Notes under the pieces: generated by a model
The model's database searches: none
Told to the model about the DNA's origin: nothing
Seen by the model: only the letters and a program-made list of their open reading frames with translations
In this document: positions 1-8,386 of the stretch, piece by piece
Numbering within the stretch: the stretch's first letter is position 1
Layout: each line of letters begins with the position of its first letter
Made by a program: the position numbers and the translations under genes
NCBI GenBank assembly: GCA_963762565.1
Contig: CAVXLD010000001.1
Coordinates: 1,344,001 to 1,408,000, forward strand
From: an uncultured Verrucomicrobiae bacterium
GTDB taxonomy: Bacteria; Verrucomicrobiota; Verrucomicrobiia; Chthoniobacterales; JAFAMB01
Length of the DNA stretch: 64,000 bases
Direction of reading: 5' to 3'

Positions 1-1166
1 GCTTTCAAAAAAGGGTCCTCGTCGCGTAAGGCCGCCTGGCGCATCACCCCGATCATAGTCGGCCAGTCCACCGGCTCTGCTCTCCTTAATTTGAGGGGGT
101 GAGCGTCGTGCAGCCGGGGGATATCCGGCGTGACTAAAACGTAGCCGAACTCGTCCAGTCCGCGGCGGCCAGCCCGGCCAAACATTTGTAATAGTTCATC
201 GGGACGCACTTGCCGTTGAAAATTGCCGGCCTGGTATTGAGTCCCGGTGACGAGGACTGAACGCATCGAAAAGTTAATGCCCGCCGCCAGCCCCATAGTT
301 GCCACGACCACTCGTAGTTGTCCCCGTTTCGCCAATGGTTCAACGATGCCCGCCCGTACCGCATAGCTAAGTCCGCTGTGGTGGAATGCGACCCTGTTCC
401 GCAACAATTTCCCTAACCGGTCGCCGGTCAACGCCTGCTGTTCCTGGGTTAGGGATAAGGGCTCGTCGAGCGGTAGCGTCGACGAGAGTGCCGTAGCCAG
501 GTCTTCGGCCATTTGCCGCCGTGGCGCGAAGATCAGCAGTGGCCCGAGATCGGCGAGCAGCGCTCTGCTAATCAGTTTCGGCCAATAGCCACGAACCATT
601 CCTGGCGCCGCAACCGGGAGATCGCTCAGCATCACCTCATCCAGCTGGACCGGCCGTTGTTGATGAGAGATCAATTCGGCCGGTCGCCCGATGCGGCGCA
701 GCCATTCCACCACGTCAGCCGGGTTCCCGACACTGCCGCTCAAGAGAAGTAGCTGGGTCTCCGGCGGCGCCAGCGAGAGGATAATTTCATAACCGGTTCC
801 GCGAATTGGATCAGCGATGAGTTGATATTCATCGACCACCAGCAGCCTCGGACCGTCCCGATGGAGAAAACGTCCCTTTTGAGTCTCCAAGGTTGCTACC
901 ACAACCCGCGCATCGAGGTTCTCAGCCAAATCACCCGTCGAAATACCCACATCCCACCCTCGAGCCCGCCACTCAGCCAGCTTGTCATTAGCCAATGCTC
1001 GAGTCGGGACGGTAAAAACCGCCTGGCCTTTGAGGGATTCGTACAATAGCTCGAATATGTACGTTTTCCCCGCGCCCGTGGGGGCATGAACCACTACGTC
1101 TTTTCCCTCGCGCAACAGCTTGACCGCGTCCTGTTGCCACTTATCAGGGATGATCAAATTGACCAT
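1..1166 (-). CDS. Ski2-like DEAD/DEAH-box helicase, N-terminal part (runs off the window edge)
   Basis: Manual translation from ATG at 1166: MVNLIIPDKWQQDAVKLLREGKDVVVHAPTGAGKT (Q motif and Walker A), VDEYQLIAD (motif II), LLSGSVGNP (motif III), FHHSGL. Absent from the ORF track because no stop falls in the window. Confidence 0.85.
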   Translation of the reverse strand, partial: MVNLIIPDKWQQDAVKLLREGKDVVVHAPTGAGKTYIFELLYESLKGQAVFTVPTRALANDKLAEWRARGWDVGISTGDLAENLDARVVVATLETQKGRFLHRDGPRLLVVDEYQLIADPIRGTGYEIILSLAPPETQLLLLSGSVGNPADVVEWLRRIGRPAELISHQQRPVQLDEVMLSDLPVAAPGMVRGYWPKLISRALLADLGPLLIFAPRRQMAEDLATALSSTLPLDEPLSLTQEQQALTGDRLGKLLRNRVAFHHSGLSYAVRAGIVEPLAKRGQLRVVVATMGLAAGINFSMRSVLVTGTQYQAGNFQRQVRPDELLQMFGRAGRRGLDEFGYVLVTPDIPRLHDAHPLKLRRAEPVDWPTMIGVMRQAALRDEDPFLK

Positions 1167-1195
1167 CGGGTTTCTACTTACAGTAGAACCATACC

Positions 1196-1776
1196 CAATA
1201 GCAAATAGCCAATAGCCGATGGGGTCTCGGTCCCAGCGTTACTCCGGGCGGGTCGGCTTTCGGAATTCACTGAGCGATTCCTTAATTCCCGCCTGTGAGC
1301 GGTAGCGTTTGCCTTTGACCGAAGAATCCTCGATTGAAGTGATCCAGGCCGTAATCTGGCGCGCACAGGATTTGGCCAATTCGAGAATTAGGACAAATTG
1401 CCCGCTCAATTCCGCCAGGCGCCGGCGATTTTTAACTACTGCTATCATCGAACGGACTTCACCCGCCGAGCCTCGAGCAATTCCCAGGTATCCCACCAAC
1501 TCTTTGGTTGAGGCGCGTTCAAAGCCTTCCGCGATATTATTGGAAACAGAAAGCCCCGCTCGATCCAGCTGGTTTCGAAATCCCGAGGTCAATGGGCAGT
1601 TGAGGTCCTCCAGCAGATCCAGTACGGCGTTGTACAATCGAGCGGCTTCTTGCCAGACGGGCAGATCTTCGAAACGCTCATACTTAGCCATACAACGCAA
1701 AATAATAGTGTTTGTTTATGTAAACGCAACGCTCTATTTTGCCCCCTTTGCTATCGGCTATTGGCTATTGTCTATT
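1196..1776. mobile_element. Putative element: inverted heptamer-repeat arms (AATAGCC-type) enclosing a four-helix-bundle gene
   Basis: Left arm 1196-1220 caatagcaaatagccaatagccgat; right arm 1753-1776 atcggctattggctattgtctatt (near-perfect reverse complement). Mobility is inferred, not shown. Confidence 0.55.
1239..1691 (-). CDS. Four helix bundle protein (23S rRNA intervening-sequence protein family)
   Basis: MAKYERFEDLPVWQEA...QLDRAGLSVSNNIAEGFER...YLGIARGSAGEVRS family signature. Confidence 0.9.
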   Translation of the reverse strand: MAKYERFEDLPVWQEAARLYNAVLDLLEDLNCPLTSGFRNQLDRAGLSVSNNIAEGFERASTKELVGYLGIARGSAGEVRSMIAVVKNRRRLAELSGQFVLILELAKSCARQITAWITSIEDSSVKGKRYRSQAGIKESLSEFRKPTRPE

Positions 1777-2697
1777 CTGCAGGCCTAACGCCTGCAGCAG
1801 CTCCCGATCCTCATCCACCCCCGGATTCGCAGCGGTCAAGAGCTTGCTTCCGTAGAAAATCGAATTGGCACCAGCAAAAAAGCAGAGCGCTTGTGCTTCC
1901 TTGGATAGCCGAGTCCTCCCGGCGGACATGCGGACCCGCGCTTTTGGCAGAACGATCCTGGTGGTGGCTATCAATCGGACCAGCTCGAATACATCAACCG
2001 GCGGTTGCGCTTCCAATGGAGTCCCCGGCATCGGGATCAGGCAATTGATCGGCACACTTTCCGGTGTCGGATCAAAGCTAGTCAGTACTTCTAACATTTT
2101 CAGACGGTCGGTTTCTGATTCTCCCATCCCAATGATACCGCCGCAGCAGACAGAGATACCGGCCAACTGAACCGCTTTGATCGTATCCAGCCGATCTTGA
2201 AAGGTATGGGTGGAAACTATCTCCCGGTAGAATTCTTCCGACGTGTCGAGGTTATGATTGTAGGCAGTAACTCCCGCTTCTTTCAGCTTCTTCGCCTCAG
2301 ACGACCCGAGATGGCCTAACGTGACGCAGACCTCCATGCCGAGACGGCTGACGTTTCGGACGATATCTAAGACTTGCTCGAATTTCGCCTCGCCTTCTCG
2401 GACGCCCTTCCAGGCAGCACCCATACAGAATCGAGTGGAGCCATTTTCCCTGGCTCGTTCCGCTAACTTCAGAACCTCTTCGGTCTTCATTAGGCGGCCG
2501 GCTTCCACCCCGGTGGAGTAGCGGGCGCTCTGTGCACAGTAGGCGCAGTCTTCACTGCATCCGCCGGTCTTAATGCTCAGCAAGGTGCAAAGTTGGACCT
2601 CGTCCCGCGACCAATGTTCGAGATACACCGAGCGCGCCTGTGAGATCAGGTCGAAGAAAGGTTGAGAATAGATTTCTTGTAGTTCAGGGAGTGTCAT
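1765..2697 (-). CDS. bioB: Biotin synthase
   Basis: SIKTGGCSEDCAYCAQS radical SAM CxxxCxxC, YNHNLDT, PESVPIN, GANSIFYG. Confidence 0.97.
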   Translation of the reverse strand: MTLPELQEIYSQPFFDLISQARSVYLEHWSRDEVQLCTLLSIKTGGCSEDCAYCAQSARYSTGVEAGRLMKTEEVLKLAERARENGSTRFCMGAAWKGVREGEAKFEQVLDIVRNVSRLGMEVCVTLGHLGSSEAKKLKEAGVTAYNHNLDTSEEFYREIVSTHTFQDRLDTIKAVQLAGISVCCGGIIGMGESETDRLKMLEVLTSFDPTPESVPINCLIPMPGTPLEAQPPVDVFELVRLIATTRIVLPKARVRMSAGRTRLSKEAQALCFFAGANSIFYGSKLLTAANPGVDEDRELLQALGLQNRQ

Positions 2698-2772
2698 GCC
2701 GGCGTTGGAAAATCGGGGCGGGGTGTTGGAGCGATGGAGTTATGGAGTACGGCGCGAAGGAACTGCAAACCA

Positions 2773-3477
2773 TTAATCTCCGGCCGACCATTTGCCGTTA
2801 CTTGAGACCAGGACAGGAAGTTCGTTCGTCATGTATTGGGTTTTGCAGGTTGCCCCAATCATTTTCGCTCCGGTAGCCGCTCTCCATAGACCCGACATGC
2901 TTAGTGCCGTGTAACATCCCCAGGACTGAACTTGAGCGTTCTTGGCGAATATCCCGCGATGAAGCTTCTCTTTGAGCTCGCTTTCGTGCAACCAGCACTT
3001 AGATGCGCTGCCAATCTGGCTGCTGTAGTCGAACATAAAGCAAGCGCGGTTCGAATGGCCGAAATAATCGAATGAAGCAATCTTGTATAAGGAGCGATCT
3101 TCGCCGCGGTTGAGATAATCACAGACATCGTCCGCGGTCTTAAAATAGATCAGCTTGAGATTATACGTGGTGCGTACAGAATCGATGATACCAAACAAGT
3201 TCTCTTTCTCCTGAGCCTGCCGCCGCTTGTACCCTGGGCCGTACACCATCCAAGTAATGTAGGCTGAGGGACCGTACTGTTCGCGGAGTTGAGCGATCCG
3301 GATCCGGCTGGCTCGGACAAAGTTCATCCACCAATTGTCGTGAGGTTCGATCTTATACTTTTCCCATTCCATGAGTGACGGTGCGCCGGTCACGACGATG
3401 TGTTCGTCGTAGTTCTGAGCAAGCGCCGCGGCGGCCGAAAAGCAAAGGACACACAAGATTAAGCTAAGCCGAGCCAT
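2773..3477 (-). CDS. Secreted hypothetical protein
   Basis: Signal peptide MARLSLILCVLCFSAAAALA; contains FDYFGHSN and QSWGCYT motifs. Confidence 0.7.
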   Translation of the reverse strand: MARLSLILCVLCFSAAAALAQNYDEHIVVTGAPSLMEWEKYKIEPHDNWWMNFVRASRIRIAQLREQYGPSAYITWMVYGPGYKRRQAQEKENLFGIIDSVRTTYNLKLIYFKTADDVCDYLNRGEDRSLYKIASFDYFGHSNRACFMFDYSSQIGSASKCWLHESELKEKLHRGIFAKNAQVQSWGCYTALSMSGLWRAATGAKMIGATCKTQYMTNELPVLVSSNGKWSAGD

Positions 3478-3580
3478 AACGGCGTTAAGCTTGGCGCGGA
3501 CGCTCTGTTCCGTCAACCCGCTGGAAGTCATCTGGAGCTAGAATCTAGGAGCTAGAAGAGCGTGTCGTGGCTCTAAGGTA

Positions 3581-3753
3581 ATCATTCTCGTCCTCGTCGT
3601 CGTTCTCGTCCTCGGAAAGTGGTGGGTTTGCTCGCCGAGTTGCATCGGTTGCAGAGCCAATCTCTGGCAAAAATCGAAAGTCCTAGGTCTTACACAATCT
3701 TGGGCGAAATTTCGCTTTTCGAGGACGAGGACGACGACGAGGACGAGAACGAC
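3581..3753. repeat. Inverted element with hexamer (CTCGTC/GACGAG) arms
   Basis: ttctcgtcctcgtcgtcgttctcgtcctcg ... cgaggacgaggacgacgacgaggacgagaa. Confidence 0.85.
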
Positions 3754-3805
3754 TGTCGCTGAGCTGCAGCGCTCCCTCCTAGTTCCGGACGGCAAGCGCA
3801 AACCG

Positions 3806-6800
3806 CTAACCCAGCACACACCGAAAGCCGTAATTATCCCGGCGGCTAGTGGGCGTATCGTCGCGACGATGCGACAATAGCAGATCGTCAGGATGTTCAT
3901 TGAGCCAGGAAGCGCCTCGGAGCACTCGGCGAAACCGGCTCGTGTTGTGCCAGTCTTCACACCATTGCCAGACGTTCCCTCCCATATCATGAAGACCGTA
4001 ACGATTGGGCGAGAACGCGCTGACCGGACTCGTTCTAGGGTAACCGTCGTTATAGCCCGAAATCACGGGCCAACTGGAACGACCACCCTTCGTTTCTTCA
4101 CCGCAAAAATTGCCCGACCCGGGCGGCGGCGGCCAACCCAACCCCCAGGGATACACCTTGATTTTTCCTTTCTTCTGTTCCGGTGTATTTCCGGGCTCTG
4201 TGCCCAGGCCAACGGCATTGCTCCATTCCAAATCGGTCGGCAATCGGTAGCTCATGCTAGCAGGCAACAATCCCAAACCTCGTTCTCGGTTGGTCAACCA
4301 ATTACAAAAAGCCAGGGCATCGTCCCAACTCACGTTCACCACCGGATGATCCGGACCCTGCTTAAAACCAGGCTCTCTCCATTTGTCAGAGGTTTGATAA
4401 TCGCTGTGCTCAACAAATTGTTCGAAGTCTTGCAAGCGGGTATCCCAGATGCAGAAACAGACTCCGGCTACGGGCACGAATCTCATACCGAGGCTGTTTT
4501 CCCACGGTTTTTCTTTCGTTGCGCTTAGGCTGGGATGACGATCAAGTTTCGGCAGTTCGACCGGCGGTGGCGCCGCAGTCCGAACCGGAGTTGGCGCTGC
4601 CGGCTGAACCGGCGGTTGCTCGACCATAGCCGGTCGACCGGGGACGGGAAGGTTACTGGCTGGCGGCGGCGTTTTCACGCTTCGCGACGGTTGCTCTGGA
4701 ACTGGGGTCGCCGTTCGCTCTGGATGCGGATACGGAGTTGCGGGCATACCCCCGGTTGATTCGATGCTCTCCCGGAGCGCTCGCCAGAAATCCTCACAGT
4801 CAACAAATGGGTGATCGGAACGCGTACACGCTCGATGCAGGACGGCATTGCCCGCCTCGTTTAGGGCGGAGAGAGGGGTGTACTTCGGCGGGATTCCTCC
4901 GGTGTCAGCCAGAGGATGGCCGCTGAGCAGCTCGTAAATGAGGCGACCAAATAAACGGACTGCCTTCACCCCGCGAATCCCGGTTTCGGCCTGAGTTAAC
5001 GACAAGATTCGGCTCGAAGGGATGAGCGTCTGGTTACCGCGCGATTGCCGGTTATGGAGGATCAAAGGCCCGAGGCTAAGCGGATTCAATTTCACTTCGC
5101 ACCGGTCCCAATCCTCGATGTTATTCTGACCCAGAGTAGAAAAAGCGCCCGGATCGATATCGCCCGGGCAGTTGACAAATATCTTTCGAGCGCTGACGTC
5201 CACGAGACCGAGACCGTGTTCGGCTATGAAATCTAAGGTCGCTGCTATCGGTTGCAGCAGCTTCATCACTTCCGCGATTCGACAGGCCCGCCTCCAGCGG
5301 AGTAGATCGTAAAGAAGAAATCCATGTACCCATTCTCTTACCAGGAACGGCGTCGAGACCTCGTTCTCGAAACTGAAATAGCGGAGAACATGCGGATCGA
5401 TCGCGCCGCGAATAGCGCCGATCTCGTTGTCGACCCGGTTCATCAGGCTGACGTCCGATGCGATGGTCGGATGCAATAGTTTCAGCGCTACGCCGGCTGG
5501 TTGACGGCCAGTCACCTTTTCATCCTTTGCCAGAAAGAGGCGGCCGCCGATTCCTTCGCGTATCTCCTTTATAACCAAGTAACGCTCCGCTAAGACCGCA
5601 CCCACACTCACCTTCCGATAGCCGTCGGATTGACCTGGACGAACCGCTGCTTCGGGCGATCCAAATTGAACCTGAGGAGAGCCCGCTTGCCCTGAGCCTG
5701 CCGAATCGGCCGGGATGAAGGTTAGTTCCGAAGCGGATTGTATCCTTGAACTTGTCGAAAGTGACCGCCCGATCCTTGTCGCAGCCGGCTGACCGGGAAG
5801 AGCGGCAATCACTTTTTCAACGGCTTCTTGCAGTTCATCCGGCGTTTGTGGACGCTCTATTGGGTCCTTCGCCAGCATCCGCCGCAGAAGGTCTGCAACG
5901 GCTACCGGGACACTCTCCAGGTCACTCCAGGGCGGCGCTTTCACAGCATGCGCAACCAACAACTGGCCAACTGTCCCTGTGAAAGGGAGCTTCCCCAAAA
6001 GCAGGTACCAAAGTGTGACGCCGAGCGAATAAATGTCCGATCGAGTGTCCAGGGAGCCGTTCATTTCACATTGTTCAGGACTAGCAAAGGCGGGGCTGCC
6101 TACGAAGTCCTGGGAGTGAGTAATTTGGCCCGCATCAGAGTCAGACGGATCGGTTAACCTGGCCAAACCGAAATCAATTAGTTTGACCTCTAGATCGCCT
6201 AAACGGTTGGCCCGGGTCATGATGTTCCCCGGCTTGATATCGCGATGGATCAGTTGATGGGACTGAGCGGCCTCCAAGGCTTGCGCTACCTGATGCGTGA
6301 CCAGCAACGCGTCCCTTGGACTCATGGGACCGCGGCCGCGCACGTAGCGCTCGAGATCTTCTCCCTCTAAAAATTCCATCGCGTAGAAGTAAGCATCTCC
6401 CTCTTCCCCAAACTGGAAGACCGTGGCTACGTTCGGGTGCACTAGTTTGGCGGCTGCTTTGGCCTCCCGAAGGAATCGCTGCCTCGCTTTGGTGCTTTTT
6501 AGTAACTCGGCAGCAATTAGTTTGAGCGCCACCGGCCGATCCAAGGTGGTATCGATCGCCTTGTAAGTAACGCCCATACCACCCTGACCCAACCGATACA
6601 GGGATCCATCGGGTTTTCGCAAAATGCGGAAATTGGCAAAAGTCTGGGCCTGCGCTGAGGCCGCCGGATGGGCTTGGCCCGCAGAATCGCCCTCCGCAGC
6701 AGGTTCCTCCTCGGATTTCAACAACTCCTTGATGTGCCGCAACAGATCAGGAAGATGCGCTTCCAAAGGACTTTCGAATCCGTCAACCAGGCGCTTTTCC

Positions 6801-7105
6801 CAGAGAAAATAGGAAAGGTCATCGGCGGGCTGAACCGGCTCAACTCGGAACGCAAGCAATGGGAGCTTAAAATGGGCAGCGGTTTCAAGCTGTTGACGGA
6901 CCTCTGCCGAGCGGTTCGATTGCTGGCTCAAAATCAGCAAAAAGACCCGCGCGTCCCGAATCGCTTCACTACCGCGACTGGTCAAGGATTCGACCGGCGC
7001 CAAACCAGGATTCGAGAGGAAGCATTTCAGGCCGTTGTTCTCCAAGCTTGCCCGAACGGCTTCTCCAGCCGCTTCATCTTGAGTCGCGCAACAAACAAAA
7101 ACCAT
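3806..7105 (-). CDS. TIR domain - Ser/Thr kinase - pseudokinase - FGE-sulfatase (SUMF1) multidomain protein
   Basis: N-terminal TIR_2-like region; kinase motifs GQGGMG, VALK, HRDIKPGN, DFG, DIYSLG; second degenerate kinase; C-terminal HPVVNVSWDDA, RLPTDLEW, GLHDMGGNVWQW, RGASW, YGFRCV. Confidence 0.85.
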   Translation of the reverse strand: MVFVCCATQDEAAGEAVRASLENNGLKCFLSNPGLAPVESLTSRGSEAIRDARVFLLILSQQSNRSAEVRQQLETAAHFKLPLLAFRVEPVQPADDLSYFLWEKRLVDGFESPLEAHLPDLLRHIKELLKSEEEPAAEGDSAGQAHPAASAQAQTFANFRILRKPDGSLYRLGQGGMGVTYKAIDTTLDRPVALKLIAAELLKSTKARQRFLREAKAAAKLVHPNVATVFQFGEEGDAYFYAMEFLEGEDLERYVRGRGPMSPRDALLVTHQVAQALEAAQSHQLIHRDIKPGNIMTRANRLGDLEVKLIDFGLARLTDPSDSDAGQITHSQDFVGSPAFASPEQCEMNGSLDTRSDIYSLGVTLWYLLLGKLPFTGTVGQLLVAHAVKAPPWSDLESVPVAVADLLRRMLAKDPIERPQTPDELQEAVEKVIAALPGQPAATRIGRSLSTSSRIQSASELTFIPADSAGSGQAGSPQVQFGSPEAAVRPGQSDGYRKVSVGAVLAERYLVIKEIREGIGGRLFLAKDEKVTGRQPAGVALKLLHPTIASDVSLMNRVDNEIGAIRGAIDPHVLRYFSFENEVSTPFLVREWVHGFLLYDLLRWRRACRIAEVMKLLQPIAATLDFIAEHGLGLVDVSARKIFVNCPGDIDPGAFSTLGQNNIEDWDRCEVKLNPLSLGPLILHNRQSRGNQTLIPSSRILSLTQAETGIRGVKAVRLFGRLIYELLSGHPLADTGGIPPKYTPLSALNEAGNAVLHRACTRSDHPFVDCEDFWRALRESIESTGGMPATPYPHPERTATPVPEQPSRSVKTPPPASNLPVPGRPAMVEQPPVQPAAPTPVRTAAPPPVELPKLDRHPSLSATKEKPWENSLGMRFVPVAGVCFCIWDTRLQDFEQFVEHSDYQTSDKWREPGFKQGPDHPVVNVSWDDALAFCNWLTNRERGLGLLPASMSYRLPTDLEWSNAVGLGTEPGNTPEQKKGKIKVYPWGLGWPPPPGSGNFCGEETKGGRSSWPVISGYNDGYPRTSPVSAFSPNRYGLHDMGGNVWQWCEDWHNTSRFRRVLRGASWLNEHPDDLLLSHRRDDTPTSRRDNYGFRCVLG

Positions 7106-7195
7106 ACTGTGCCGATTCGACGTCCGGACGCCTTATACTCGGCTGCCGGCTTCACCTCTGGCTATATACTAGTAGCGGGTATCGTCGCGAAATAC

Positions 7196-8215
7196 TCATT
7201 TGTGCAGAAAATCTTCGAGTGCTTGATGAAATTGGTCCGTCGCCTCCAGATGCGGGATATGGCCTACGCCGGGAATCTCCACCAATTTCGCACCCGGAAT
7301 TTGAGTCGCCGCCTTTCTCGCCAGTTCGGCCACGTTTCCAAGGTTACGCCGCAAGTCGATCGGTGCTCGGTCCTTTCCCACGGCAGTGTGGTCCTCTTGA
7401 CCGACAATTAAAAGGGTTGGGACTTTTATCTCGGCGAATTCGTAACAGATGGGTTGTTCATAGATCATCAAATCCGTCAGTGCGGCTACCCGAGCCCAGC
7501 GCGGGAAGTCACCGCTCAAAGTCACCCCTATACGTGGTTCAACATAAATCTCGGCTTTTTCCGGGGGATAATGCACGAAGTAGCTTTGTACGTACTTGCG
7601 ATAATCCTCCAAACTGGTGTTCAGCTCTCGCTGATAAAGCGATTCCAACGGGGCCGGTGGTACGACCAATCGATAGTCCTCCAAGCCAATGGGATCTTCC
7701 AAAACCAGCGCCTCAGTTCGCCCCGGATAAAGGCGCGCAAACCGGATCCCGAGCATCCCACCCATCGAATGGCCCACTACCACCGCTTTCGGTATCCCTA
7801 ACAGATCGAGGAGACCCGCTGTGTTCTCCGCCATGAAATCGAAGCTATAGTGAAGGTCGGGTTTCGAGGATTTGCCGAATCCAATTTGGTCCGGAACCAC
7901 AACCCGGTAGCCGCGATCGGTCAGGAACTTGATGGTATCGCTCCAGTAAGCGCCCCAGAAATTTTTGCCATGTAATAGCAGAACAGTTCGTCCATTAGGA
8001 TTTTTGGGCGGCTGTACATCCATGAAACACATCCGCACATCCTGGCCTTCCACATGAAGGTTTAGGAATGCCGTCGGATAAGGATATTTCAGGTCCTCAA
8101 AACAGGTCCCAAGGGGGGCGTCGTAATGATCCGGCAGCGATTTTTCCTGACCTAAAGCCGGACCCGCGGGTGATAAGAGGACCAAGGAAGCCAGAAATAT
8201 CCAATTTCTTCTCAC
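7196..8215 (-). CDS. Secreted alpha/beta hydrolase
   Basis: LLHGKNF, PDQIGFGKS, GHSMGG nucleophile, GHIPH; signal peptide; GTG start inferred. Confidence 0.9.
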   Translation of the reverse strand: MRRNWIFLASLVLLSPAGPALGQEKSLPDHYDAPLGTCFEDLKYPYPTAFLNLHVEGQDVRMCFMDVQPPKNPNGRTVLLLHGKNFWGAYWSDTIKFLTDRGYRVVVPDQIGFGKSSKPDLHYSFDFMAENTAGLLDLLGIPKAVVVGHSMGGMLGIRFARLYPGRTEALVLEDPIGLEDYRLVVPPAPLESLYQRELNTSLEDYRKYVQSYFVHYPPEKAEIYVEPRIGVTLSGDFPRWARVAALTDLMIYEQPICYEFAEIKVPTLLIVGQEDHTAVGKDRAPIDLRRNLGNVAELARKAATQIPGAKLVEIPGVGHIPHLEATDQFHQALEDFLHK

Positions 8216-8242
8216 GGCCTTATAAGAGGACGAACCGAGAGG

Positions 8243-8322
8243 AATGACAAATGACAAATGACAGATGACAAATTACCGAGGGCGGTGGCTCAATTTGTCA
8301 TTTGTTATCTGTCATTTGTCAT
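8243..8322. repeat. Inverted heptamer (ATGACAR) repeat element, copy 1
   Basis: atgacaaatgacaaatgacagatgacaaatt ... aatttgtcatttgttatctgtcatttgtcat. Confidence 0.9.
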
Positions 8323-8386
8323 ACAATCCTAGTCCCCCAGTGAGCGGCGCCCATCGCAGGACGCGGAGCCGCCGATGCTCCGGACC

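Noticed and set aside
1239..3900. Diversity-generating retroelement (Avd-like gene near an FGE/CLec domain ending GFRCV)
   Set aside because: No reverse transcriptase and no template-repeat copy of the FGE 3' end was seen in the window; the two genes are separated by bioB.
3538..3990. 150-aa ORF with VVLVLVVVLVLE and RTRTTTRTR segments
   Set aside because: Translation of GACGAG repeat arms, overlapping the kinase gene; spurious.
8243..8322. CRISPR array
   Set aside because: Tandem 7-mers in inverted arms with no unique spacers; no cas genes.
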